This document shows positions 20,072 through 28,567 of a DNA stretch of 64,000 bases, piece by piece. Both the position numbers and the translations under genes were made by a program. Below the pieces are notes generated by a model. It was not told where the DNA came from. It saw only the letters and a program-made list of their open reading frames with translations, and ran no database searches. Position 1 is the first letter of the stretch; the number at the start of each line of letters is the position of its first letter. Source of the DNA: Candidatus Zixiibacteriota bacterium (lineage in GTDB: Bacteria > Zixibacteria > MSB-5A5 > GN15 > FEB-12); contig JBFLZR010000009.1 of the NCBI GenBank assembly GCA_040756055.1, forward strand, positions 4,620-68,619, given 5' to 3'.

Positions 20072-21268
20072 TTAAATCTTGCCAATGATGTCGAACATCG
20101 GCAGGTACATAGCGATCAAGATACCACCGATAACGATACCCATAAAGACGATGATGATCGGCTCGATAACGGAGGTCAAAGCCGATACGGCTTCATCCAC
20201 CTCTTCATCGTAGAAATCGGCAATCTTGTTAAGCATTTCGTCGAGTCCACCGGTTTTTTCACCCACGGAGATCATCTGAGTGACCATCGGTGGAAACACG
20301 CCGGTTTCTTTCAGGGGTCCGGTAATGGTATCACCTTCGGCGATGGACAGCACGGACTTGTTGATGGCGTTGGCCACGACAAGGTTGCCGGCCGCTTTGG
20401 CGGTGATTTCCAGAGCTTCCAAAATCGAGACACCGGAAGCGAGCAGTGTTCCGAGCGTGCGCGTGAATCTGGCGATCGACGATTTCCTGACAAGGTTACC
20501 GAGTACCGGGGACGCCAGCAGGAATTTATCCCAGAGGAGGGCGCCGGCAGGGGTGCGTTTCCACCAGACGAACACTGCAAAGCCGCCTATTGCCCCACCG
20601 ACCAAATAAAGGAAGTTTGCCTTGAGAAAGTTGGAGATCATCAGTACGATCTGGGTCGGCTTGGGCAACTCGGCATTCAGTCCACCGAACATCTTGGCGA
20701 ATACGGGTACGATGAAAGCAAGCATACCGACAGTAACGGCGGCCGCGACCACGACGATCACCGCCGGGTAGACCATAGCGCCTTTTACTTTTCTAATCAA
20801 CTGGTCCGCCTTCTCGCGGTAGACCGCCAGACGGTTGAGAATGGCGTCGAGAGCGCCGCCGACCTCACCGGCTTCGACCATGTTAGAATAAAGGGGGTCG
20901 AAAATCTTCGGATGACGAGCAAGGGCCTCCGAAAGCGTGGAACCGCCCTGTACGGAATCTTTCACCTGGTTTACTATCTTGGCCAGTTCTCTACTTTCCA
21001 TCTGGGAAGCCAGAATGTCAAGACACTGAACCATCGGAAGTCCGGCGCCGATCATGGTGGCAAACTGTCGGGTGAATCGCGAGACGTCGATACGTTTGAT
21101 ACCGCTGCCGAACTTGATCTGTATTTCAGGGGCTCTCTTGGTGATAGACGTTACCATGATCCGGTTCTGCCTGAGCACCCGTTCGAGGTCAGCCCTGGTA
21201 TTGGCTTTGAGTTCGCCTTTGACGGCAGCTCCGGCAAGGGTCTTACCTTTATATTCAAAGACTGGCAC
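20072..21268 (-). CDS. pilC: Type IV pilus inner-membrane platform protein
   Basis: FTRQFATMIGAGLP, AGEVGGALD, FTRTLGTLLASGV and VGEKTGGLDEML. Confidence 0.95.
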   Translation of the reverse strand: MPVFEYKGKTLAGAAVKGELKANTRADLERVLRQNRIMVTSITKRAPEIQIKFGSGIKRIDVSRFTRQFATMIGAGLPMVQCLDILASQMESRELAKIVNQVKDSVQGGSTLSEALARHPKIFDPLYSNMVEAGEVGGALDAILNRLAVYREKADQLIRKVKGAMVYPAVIVVVAAAVTVGMLAFIVPVFAKMFGGLNAELPKPTQIVLMISNFLKANFLYLVGGAIGGFAVFVWWKRTPAGALLWDKFLLASPVLGNLVRKSSIARFTRTLGTLLASGVSILEALEITAKAAGNLVVANAINKSVLSIAEGDTITGPLKETGVFPPMVTQMISVGEKTGGLDEMLNKIADFYDEEVDEAVSALTSVIEPIIIVFMGIVIGGILIAMYLPMFDIIGKI

Positions 21269-21297
21269 AGCTCAATCCTTTCTAAAAAACGGCTTAA

Positions 21298-22371
21298 TCA
21301 AAAAGCCGCGGTTTTCTGTTTTGACAGCGACTCACTCAATTCCTGAGGATTGTGACTGCAATTCATAGCGTCATTTATCGTTATCTTGCCGGTCTGATAC
21401 AGCTCGGCAAGAGACTGATTCATGGTCTTCATTCCAAACTTCTGTCCGGACTGAATCATGGAGTATATCTGGTGCACTTTGTCATCCCTTACGAGCGCCC
21501 TGATAGCCGGCGTTACGACCAGGATTTCCATGGCCATGACGCGTCCGCCGCCGATCTTGGGAATGAGAGTCTGCGATACGATAGCCTGAAGCGTGAAGGA
21601 CAGCGAAATTCGAATCTGTTCCTGCTGGTTGGTCGGGAAAGCGTCAATTATTCGGTTGATAGATTCCGAGGCCGAGTTGGTGTGCAGCGTCGCGAAGGCA
21701 AGATGTCCCGTTTCCGATATCGAGAGCGCCGCTTCGATAGTCTCCAGATCGCGCATCTCGCCGATCAGTACGACATCGGGATCCTCACGCAGAGCGTACT
21801 TCAGGGCGGCAGCGAAGCTCTGGGTGTCGGAGTAGACTTCGCGTTGATTGATCAGCGCTGTTTGATGCCGGTGAAGATACTCGATGGGATCTTCGACGGT
21901 GATAATATGGACCGGGCGTTCCTTGTTAATTTTGTCAATGATCGAAGCCAGCGTTGTGGATTTACCGGAACCGGTAGGCCCGGTAACGAGCACGAGGCCC
22001 CTGGGGAGTCTCGAGAAGTCGCTAATTACTTTGGGAAGTCCGAGTTCGTCGAAGGTCCTGATCTTGTAAGGTATCTGACGTAAGGCGACGGCGACGTTGC
22101 CCCGCTGCATGAACATGTTGCAGCGAAAGCGGCTCATCTGCTCGATACCGAAGGAGAAGTCGAGTTCGGAGTTCTGTTCGAACTTCTGTTTCTGTTTTTC
22201 ATTGAGCATCGAGTATGAGAGCTTCTTGGTTTGTTCGCTGGTGAGGATGTCGTGATTCAGTCTTTGAAGCTTGCCGTCAACTCTCACGACCGGTGGCGAA
22301 CCGACGGTCAGGTGTAAGTCGGAGGCACCCATTTTGACCATCTGCTCAAGTAATTCGCGCAGGGATACCAT
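21298..22371 (-). CDS. pilT: Type IV pilus retraction ATPase
   Basis: ASDLHLTVG, GPTGSGKSTT, ALREDPDVVLIGEMRD, TGHLAFATLHT and AIRALVRDDK. Confidence 0.96.
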   Translation of the reverse strand: MVSLRELLEQMVKMGASDLHLTVGSPPVVRVDGKLQRLNHDILTSEQTKKLSYSMLNEKQKQKFEQNSELDFSFGIEQMSRFRCNMFMQRGNVAVALRQIPYKIRTFDELGLPKVISDFSRLPRGLVLVTGPTGSGKSTTLASIIDKINKERPVHIITVEDPIEYLHRHQTALINQREVYSDTQSFAAALKYALREDPDVVLIGEMRDLETIEAALSISETGHLAFATLHTNSASESINRIIDAFPTNQQEQIRISLSFTLQAIVSQTLIPKIGGGRVMAMEILVVTPAIRALVRDDKVHQIYSMIQSGQKFGMKTMNQSLAELYQTGKITINDAMNCSHNPQELSESLSKQKTAAF

Positions 22372-22431
22372 CTATTATCTCCAGACAGCTTAAAATTTTA
22401 TCAATTTGGTACAAAACAGCGTTTGCTATTA

Positions 22432-22458
22432 TTATCGGATTATTTAGTCGAATCTTGA
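22432..22458 (-). promoter_or_regulatory. Sigma28-like promoter upstream of pilT
   Basis: Minus strand TCAA-N15-TCCGATAA. Confidence 0.45.
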
Positions 22459-22518
22459 AAGAATTTAGGCTTATTTTTGAGCCTAAGCTCTTGGACTACA
22501 AGGAATTTATTTGAGGGT

Positions 22519-24219
22519 TCAGGCGCCGGCAGAGGTTACCGAGAAGACTTCGTCGATACTGACTACTCCGGCCTTCATTTTATCCACGGCGGCCATACGC
22601 AAGCTGAACATACCCTGTTCCATGGCGGTTTTTCTGATGTCGGAGTCGCTGGCCCGAGCCAGAATAAGCGACTCGATTTCGGCGGTAATCGGCATGACTT
22701 CATAGATGCCGGTTCGCCCGGCCACGCCGGTGTTGTTGCAGTCGTTACAGCCGACACCGCGGAAAGCTCGGATGTTTCTGAGCAGTTCTTTGGGAACTCC
22801 GAAACTCTGGACCTGTTCTTCGGTCAGATTGATCTCTTCCTTACAGCTCTGGCAGATTTTGCGCATCATACGCTGAGCCATAATCATCTTTGTCGCCGAG
22901 GCCACCAGGTAGTAAGGTACGCCCATATCAATTAAGCGGTTAATAGATGACGGGGCGTCGTTGGTGTGAAGGGTCGAGAACACCAAATGACCCGTCAGAG
23001 CGGCGCGGATAGCGATTTCCGCTGTCTCGCTGTCACGAATCTCACCGACCATGATGATATCCGGGTCCTGACGCAAGAAAGAGCGCAGGGCGGCGGCAAA
23101 GGTCATGCCGATATCTGATTTGACGGCTACCTGGTTGATACCATCGAAGTTGAACTCGACCGGGTCCTCAGCCGTCATGATATTCACATCTATGGTGTTG
23201 ATCTGCTTCAGCGCCGAATACAAAGTAGTGGTTTTACCGGATCCGGTAGGACCTGTAACCAGGATGATGCCGTAGGGCAGGTGAATCTTTTCGTTGAATT
23301 TCTTAAGGTCTTCTTCCCTGAAACCGAGTCTGGTCATGTCGACCATGAGGGCCATCGGATCCAGAATACGCATAACGACCTTTTCGCCGAATATCGTGGG
23401 CAGCACCGAAACACGAAGATCGACGGTACGACCGGCGATCTTGATTTTTATGCGGCCGTCTTGTGGGAGGCGGCGCTCGGAGATATCGAGTTCGGCCATG
23501 ATTTTTATGCGCGAGACGATAGCAGCGCGGTACTTGTACGGCAGCGGAGCCATCTCCCGCAAGTCGCCATCGATTCTGTAGCGTACGCGAATTCTTTTCT
23601 CATACATTTCGAAGTGAATATCGGAGGCGCCCATCCTGATCGCATCGGCAATAATCGAGTCGACCAGTTTTACCAGCGGTTTGTCCTGAATCTGTGAGAG
23701 AAGGTCCGATTCGCTGGGGGATTCCTCATCGGAGACTACTTCGAGGTCGGAGTCCTCCTCGAGGCCTTTAACGATAGCCGACAATCCGTCACTGTCCGTA
23801 TAGTAGGCTTCGATCGCTTTTTCGATAGCCTTTTCGGGCGAGATTACCGGCTGCACGGTGCATCCGGTGATAAACTTGATGGCATCGAGGACGTAAATAT
23901 TGTTTGGGTCGCTGATGGCCACCAGAAGGGTCTTGTTCAGTTTCGATACCGCGACAACCTTGAATTTGCGGGCGATATCGAGCGGGATGAGTTTTACTAT
24001 GTCCGGGTTCAGTTCGATATCGGCCAGCCGGAGAGCGCCGATCTTGAGGTGTTTGCCGACGAATTTGGCAATATCGTCCTCAGATTCGACAGCGCCCAAC
24101 CTGACCAGGGCGGCTTCGAACTTTTCCTTTTTGTCTTTAGCTGAGGCGAGCGCCTTCTCGGCTTGTTCCTGCGTAATCTTGCCGGCTTTGACCAGCATGG
24201 CGCTAAGTTCAGTGGACAT
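22519..24219 (-). CDS. pilB: Type IV pilus assembly ATPase
   Basis: ASDIHFE, LDISERRLPQDGR, GPTGSGKTTT, LRQDPDIIMVGEIRD and a CxxC...CxxC zinc site. Confidence 0.96.
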   Translation of the reverse strand: MSTELSAMLVKAGKITQEQAEKALASAKDKKEKFEAALVRLGAVESEDDIAKFVGKHLKIGALRLADIELNPDIVKLIPLDIARKFKVVAVSKLNKTLLVAISDPNNIYVLDAIKFITGCTVQPVISPEKAIEKAIEAYYTDSDGLSAIVKGLEEDSDLEVVSDEESPSESDLLSQIQDKPLVKLVDSIIADAIRMGASDIHFEMYEKRIRVRYRIDGDLREMAPLPYKYRAAIVSRIKIMAELDISERRLPQDGRIKIKIAGRTVDLRVSVLPTIFGEKVVMRILDPMALMVDMTRLGFREEDLKKFNEKIHLPYGIILVTGPTGSGKTTTLYSALKQINTIDVNIMTAEDPVEFNFDGINQVAVKSDIGMTFAAALRSFLRQDPDIIMVGEIRDSETAEIAIRAALTGHLVFSTLHTNDAPSSINRLIDMGVPYYLVASATKMIMAQRMMRKICQSCKEEINLTEEQVQSFGVPKELLRNIRAFRGVGCNDCNNTGVAGRTGIYEVMPITAEIESLILARASDSDIRKTAMEQGMFSLRMAAVDKMKAGVVSIDEVFSVTSAGA

Positions 24220-24281
24220 AGTCTTAGAAACTCGAAGTAAACAGGTTAAAACAACGTCTGTTTATCTAACGATTGGCAACT

Positions 24282-24773
24282 TTAATCCTGAAAGATGTCG
24301 TCGAGCTTATCCTCGGCTTGGCTGGCGAAATCGCTTGAAATCCCGGCCTTGGCGCCATCGGCCGCCTGCTCTTTAATTTTCTCGAAAATTTTGCCCAGTT
24401 CGATAGATGTTTCCTTTGCGTACAGACGTACCATACCAATAGTGGTCCGGTCATCGAAGATCACCACCAGAATCGAGCGGTCTCCAACCAGGGACATGTG
24501 AATGTTGTCCTTCTTTCCCTGATGAAAGAGCACTGAGAATTCCGGTTCACCGACGAGACGGGCGATTTCTTTCGTGGAAGCGAATGACCCGGCTAACAAA
24601 GCGGCAAGAGCGGTCGTGTCGAGAGAGTGAGTAAACCCCTGCCTCGTGATAAGGTGGCCGTCCTTGTCAACCAAGAGAGCGCATTTCGCCTCGGCTCCTT
24701 TGAGCATTTTTGAAATCAACGCATCAATCTGGTTAATTTCTTCTTCGTAAAATATCAGACTATCATCAGCCAT
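24282..24773 (-). CDS. mglB: MglB roadblock/LC7 GTPase-activating protein
   Basis: LIFYEEEI...ALLVDKDGHLI...DTTALAALLAG...ILVVIFDDRTTIGMVRL and an acidic C-terminal helix (DDIFQD) closely follow Myxococcus MglB. Confidence 0.9.
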   Translation of the reverse strand: MADDSLIFYEEEINQIDALISKMLKGAEAKCALLVDKDGHLITRQGFTHSLDTTALAALLAGSFASTKEIARLVGEPEFSVLFHQGKKDNIHMSLVGDRSILVVIFDDRTTIGMVRLYAKETSIELGKIFEKIKEQAADGAKAGISSDFASQAEDKLDDIFQD

Positions 24774-24790
24774 TTCAGCCTCCTAGATGA

Positions 24791-25879
24791 CTATTTTATT
24801 CCAAATAAGCGTTTAAAGAACCCGCGCTTTTTAATATCGCCGCGGCGTTTCAATGACGGTGCCATAGCGGGCGAAGCCAACGATGCGCCGCTGTCAGGCG
24901 AGTCGGCTATACCCTTTTTGACACTACTGGCTCTATTTCCGTAATCGTCAACCTCAGGTGAAGCGGAGGGGGTGAACTTGGCCGCAGATATCTTTCTGGC
25001 GTTTTCCGCCGCTTTGTCACTCCCCGGATAAGGACGATATTGTGATTTCGATTCAGCCGCAGGCGGAGGTTCTTCCTCGGTTGCGGTGGAAGTCGCGCCG
25101 GTCTGAATTGGCTGTGTTGATCTTCCGCCGCTCGCGGCGGACCGACCGTCAGCCGATATCTGAGTACCTATGGTAGCCGCTGCCGGCGGCATTGATACGG
25201 GTGCGGAGACCGCGACGGATTGCGCCGACGCTGAGACGGGAGCCTGAGCAACCGGTGGCTCGTGGTAACTCACGCCCGGTTTGGGTCTATTGGAAGCGCT
25301 GCCCTTGGCCTTCTCCAGCACCAGCTTGATGATCAACTTGAGAGTATCAAAGACTCCGTTGCCAACGGTGGCGGAAGCTTCGAAATGCGGCCGGCCGCGG
25401 GTGTTCAGCCGGGCATTGAGCGCCTCAACCGGGAGCACACCCGGCAAGTCTCGCTTGTTGTACTGAATGACCATAGGCATATCGTTGATATCGTAGCCGT
25501 ATTCCCTGAGGTTTTCCTCGAGGTTGATCAGCGACTCGATATTCTCGTCCATTTTATCCGGCTGACTGTCAGCCACGAACACTACTCCATCGACACCTCG
25601 AAGTACCAACTTCCTTGTAGCGTTGTAGTATACCTGGCCGGGGACGGTATACAATTGGAACTTAGCCGCAAAACCGTTGATGGTACCGATATTGATGGGC
25701 AGAAAATCAAAATACAGTGTTCGGTCCGCCTCGGTGGCCAGTGATATCATTTTGCCGCGCGTATCCGACGGGACCTTGGCATGGACGTACAGCAAATTGG
25801 TGGTTTTGCCGGACAGGCCTGGCCCGTAGTATACAATTTTGCAACAGACTTCACGCGACGAGTAGTTTATGGATACCAT
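24791..25879 (-). CDS. mglA: MglA-family small GTPase with a long C-terminal extension
   Basis: KIVYYGPGLSGKTTNL, DRTLYFDF, TVPGQ and QYNKRD in the first ~195 aa; then a Pro/Ala/Ser-rich linker and terminal KKRGFFKRLFGIK. Confidence 0.92.
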   Translation of the reverse strand: MVSINYSSREVCCKIVYYGPGLSGKTTNLLYVHAKVPSDTRGKMISLATEADRTLYFDFLPINIGTINGFAAKFQLYTVPGQVYYNATRKLVLRGVDGVVFVADSQPDKMDENIESLINLEENLREYGYDINDMPMVIQYNKRDLPGVLPVEALNARLNTRGRPHFEASATVGNGVFDTLKLIIKLVLEKAKGSASNRPKPGVSYHEPPVAQAPVSASAQSVAVSAPVSMPPAAATIGTQISADGRSAASGGRSTQPIQTGATSTATEEEPPPAAESKSQYRPYPGSDKAAENARKISAAKFTPSASPEVDDYGNRASSVKKGIADSPDSGASLASPAMAPSLKRRGDIKKRGFFKRLFGIK

Positions 25880-25908
25880 ACTGAAAATTCCTGTAAGTTT
25901 GTAATTGT

Positions 25909-26250
25909 TTACCCTGCCAGTTTGAGCTTGCTTATCGCGTTTTTAATTTCCAGGCGGATTAGTCCGATATTGACCTGTTTTTCAGTGGTAACGACCAGTA
26001 TCCCCAGACCGGCATCCGAGAAAAACAATTTGCCCTGTTCAGCTTCAATGGTCACCTGTTTGAGCGGAGTCGTATTTAACCGGTCGAGCGATTTTCTGAT
26101 GTTAGTCGTTATTGACGCCGCCAGGGCTCCAATGGCTTCGCTCTCAAACGATTCGTCCAGATTCGCGGCTATGACGATGCCATCGTTGCCGACGAGCATC
26201 GAACCGGTGACTCCGGTCGTCTTATTCAAATCGTCCAGTACGTCATACAT
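25909..26250 (-). CDS. Stand-alone roadblock/LC7 protein (MglC-like)
   Basis: GVTGSMLVGNDGIVIAA...ALAASI...VTIEAEQGKLFF...LIRLEI roadblock pattern; 113 aa. Confidence 0.88.
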   Translation of the reverse strand: MYDVLDDLNKTTGVTGSMLVGNDGIVIAANLDESFESEAIGALAASITTNIRKSLDRLNTTPLKQVTIEAEQGKLFFSDAGLGILVVTTEKQVNIGLIRLEIKNAISKLKLAG

Positions 26251-27217
26251 AGCTTCTCTCCACGTTCTCGATAAGCTTTTCGCTGTATCGTTCAGTCACA
26301 TATTTTCTTATCATTTCCAGCCCCTGATTTATACGAATGTTTAGAACATCGTCCATAGCCCGCTCCGCCACTACCATCAGGCAGTAGGCTTTTTCGCGAG
26401 CCACTACAATTTTCTTGTCTTCAAAGAGCATATCGACCTTTTCGGGCGGCTCACATTGCAGTCTTGATACAACCTGACGGTTGGCTTCAATGAGAGACAG
26501 GGCAAACGGAGCCCAGTCTTCAGATTCAACACCGCGGCGACTGAAATTGCCCAAGAGCAATCCCTCATGATCAACCACCGCCGCCATCAGCACCGAACCA
26601 TCCTCGCCTATATATCGCGTAGCGCGATCGAACGCGTTGCCTTCGCCGAATCCGGTGCTGCCGGTTGAAGAGCCGGAGCTCCTGGTCGTGAACTCCTCTT
26701 CCTTCGGCATGGATATAGTGGATTGGCTGAAGCCTTTCTCTCGTGAAACCGCCACCGACGTTGATCCGAAACCTTGCGGCTGGGCCGCGGGCTTGGAGGC
26801 GGACGGGGTTTTGGCGCGCGCCCGCGGTGAATGGAGCCCCTGTACCACCGGCAGGAGAATAAACGGCGTAGCCACTATGTGTAAAAGCATCGCCGGGAGA
26901 TAACTCCCCATCCCTGCCAACACGGCCATTTTCACCTGCCATTGATACATAATGGCGATTAACAGTCCGGTCAGCGCTCCCAGAGCAAACCGGTAAACCA
27001 TGCACAATCCTGCTGACGAGATCAACTGAAGCGGCGAAAGCCGGCGGTTAAGCAAATGGACCACGAGTCCATAGAACGCCAGCTCATAGACTATATTGAT
27101 GAGTGGCGCTTCGGATAGATCCGTTCCGTATCTCTTGGGGAAGATCAGCATTGACACGACCAAAACCAACAGAGACAGAAGCAGTATTTGTCTTGCTATG
27201 CGTCCGCTTATTTCCAT
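26243..27217 (-). CDS. Membrane protein with C-terminal roadblock/LC7 domain
   Basis: Four to five hydrophobic segments in the first 130 aa, a Ser/Thr/Gly linker, then SVLMAAVVDHEGLLL...CLMVVAE. Confidence 0.75.
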   Translation of the reverse strand: MEISGRIARQILLLSLLVLVVSMLIFPKRYGTDLSEAPLINIVYELAFYGLVVHLLNRRLSPLQLISSAGLCMVYRFALGALTGLLIAIMYQWQVKMAVLAGMGSYLPAMLLHIVATPFILLPVVQGLHSPRARAKTPSASKPAAQPQGFGSTSVAVSREKGFSQSTISMPKEEEFTTRSSGSSTGSTGFGEGNAFDRATRYIGEDGSVLMAAVVDHEGLLLGNFSRRGVESEDWAPFALSLIEANRQVVSRLQCEPPEKVDMLFEDKKIVVAREKAYCLMVVAERAMDDVLNIRINQGLEMIRKYVTERYSEKLIENVERSYV

Positions 27218-27234
27218 CTGTCATCCTTTATTGT

Positions 27235-28095
27235 TCACCGGTACGACACCAGCAAGTTTTCGACCTTCATTCTCAGTGTTCCCAGATTGGCCGATTCGTT
27301 GGCCACAAACAGGAACAAACCATCATGAACACGGACCAGATAGAAGGTCATGTTCATTGTTTCTATCAATACGCTATAGAAATTACCGAATGAGCTTTTC
27401 ACCAGGTCCTGACTGAGCAGGTGCCCTACATCGCTCAGGGTAGCACTGCACAGAGATGAATCCATGGTCAGGTTCCATTCGGAGTCTATGACCAGCCCTT
27501 CAAAATTGACAAGCAGGGTACCATCGATACCGGGAATGGTCATCGCCATTTCAATCACCTGCCGCGCGGTCAGTTTTTCAGATTCCGATGATTCTTTTGC
27601 GACAGGGACCTCATCGGTCTGACTGGCCTTTTCGTCGGTTTGAACGGTCGCTGATTCAACCGCTTTTTCGCGCTCCTGAGGGATTTTGAGGGCTATTTCC
27701 AGCAACCTTTTGATCTGGTCGTTCTGGGGATCGGCCTCGGTGAGTTTACGAAGCAGTTTAACCGCCTGCTGAAACTCTCCCTTATAGATGTATATTTCAG
27801 CGAGAAGTAATTCAATAGTGCGCGTCACTCCGTCAATCTCGGCTGCCTTGTTGGCCTCGATTTCGGCCCAGTCATACAGGCCGCGATCGAGATTGATTTT
27901 TGCCATAACGACGTGGGCTGAGCCATAAGACGGATGGATCTTAAGTCCGTTCTGGCAGATGCGAAATGCTTTTTCCAATTCGCCTTTCTTTCGATAAGCC
28001 TCGGCCAGCGCGGCAAAGATCTGTGAATTAGGATCAACGTCGAGAATCTTCTGACATTTATTGATCCGATCGTCTATTTCAACAGCACTAATCAT
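27235..28095 (-). CDS. TPR protein with C-terminal roadblock/LC7 domain
   Basis: DPNSQIFAALAEAYRKKGELEKA TPR pattern; C-terminal GIDGTLLVNFEGLVI...LFLFVANESANLGTLRMKV. Confidence 0.8.
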   Translation of the reverse strand: MISAVEIDDRINKCQKILDVDPNSQIFAALAEAYRKKGELEKAFRICQNGLKIHPSYGSAHVVMAKINLDRGLYDWAEIEANKAAEIDGVTRTIELLLAEIYIYKGEFQQAVKLLRKLTEADPQNDQIKRLLEIALKIPQEREKAVESATVQTDEKASQTDEVPVAKESSESEKLTARQVIEMAMTIPGIDGTLLVNFEGLVIDSEWNLTMDSSLCSATLSDVGHLLSQDLVKSSFGNFYSVLIETMNMTFYLVRVHDGLFLFVANESANLGTLRMKVENLLVSYR

Positions 28096-28158
28096 CTGAT
28101 ACTTCGAAGTTATTATTTAACAGTCTCTTACCGGGTATAAAATTTTGCCCGATATATA

Positions 28159-28187
28159 ATTATGTTCGTTACAGTGACTTATGTCAA
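28159..28187 (-). promoter_or_regulatory. Sigma70-like promoter for the TPR-roadblock...mgl genes
   Basis: Minus strand TTGACA-N17-CATAAT. Confidence 0.55.
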
Positions 28188-28202
28188 CTTATTTGTTTTC
28201 TC

Positions 28203-28565
28203 TCAGTCCAGTATCTTTTTCGCTTCAAATATCCCGAACAGGAACAACCCTGCCATCGCGACCCATAACACAGGGACTACGAAGCTCGGGATGGCTATGA
28301 TTTCGGTGTCCTGAAGCAATCCGGTCAGCTGGGAAACCGCAAGGACCGCGAAAGCGAGCATAAGGATCTGCCAACTCCTGGAGAGCAGTCCTCCTTTGAG
28401 TACGTTGACCACTTTAAGCGAGACAACCACACAACCCACAGCGATCCCGAGAATCACAATCTTCAAGGCGGTCGGCGGGGATACAATCACCGCCAGATTA
28501 GCTGCCATTGCCTGACTGTATGAGACCAGGACGCTTACTGCGCTAAAACAGAAAATCCTTTTCAT
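28203..28565 (-). CDS. Small membrane protein of unknown function
   Basis: 120 aa with a signal-like N-terminus and three more hydrophobic helices; starts 2 nt after the DUF4388 stop. Confidence 0.75.
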   Translation of the reverse strand: MKRIFCFSAVSVLVSYSQAMAANLAVIVSPPTALKIVILGIAVGCVVVSLKVVNVLKGGLLSRSWQILMLAFAVLAVSQLTGLLQDTEIIAIPSFVVPVLWVAMAGLFLFGIFEAKKILD

Positions 28566-28567
28566 TA

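Noticed and set aside
19949-21346. 465-aa plus-strand ORF and many similar long antisense ORFs
   Set aside because: Shadow frames opposite well-supported genes (pilC, pilB, sdhA and others) in GC-rich coding DNA.
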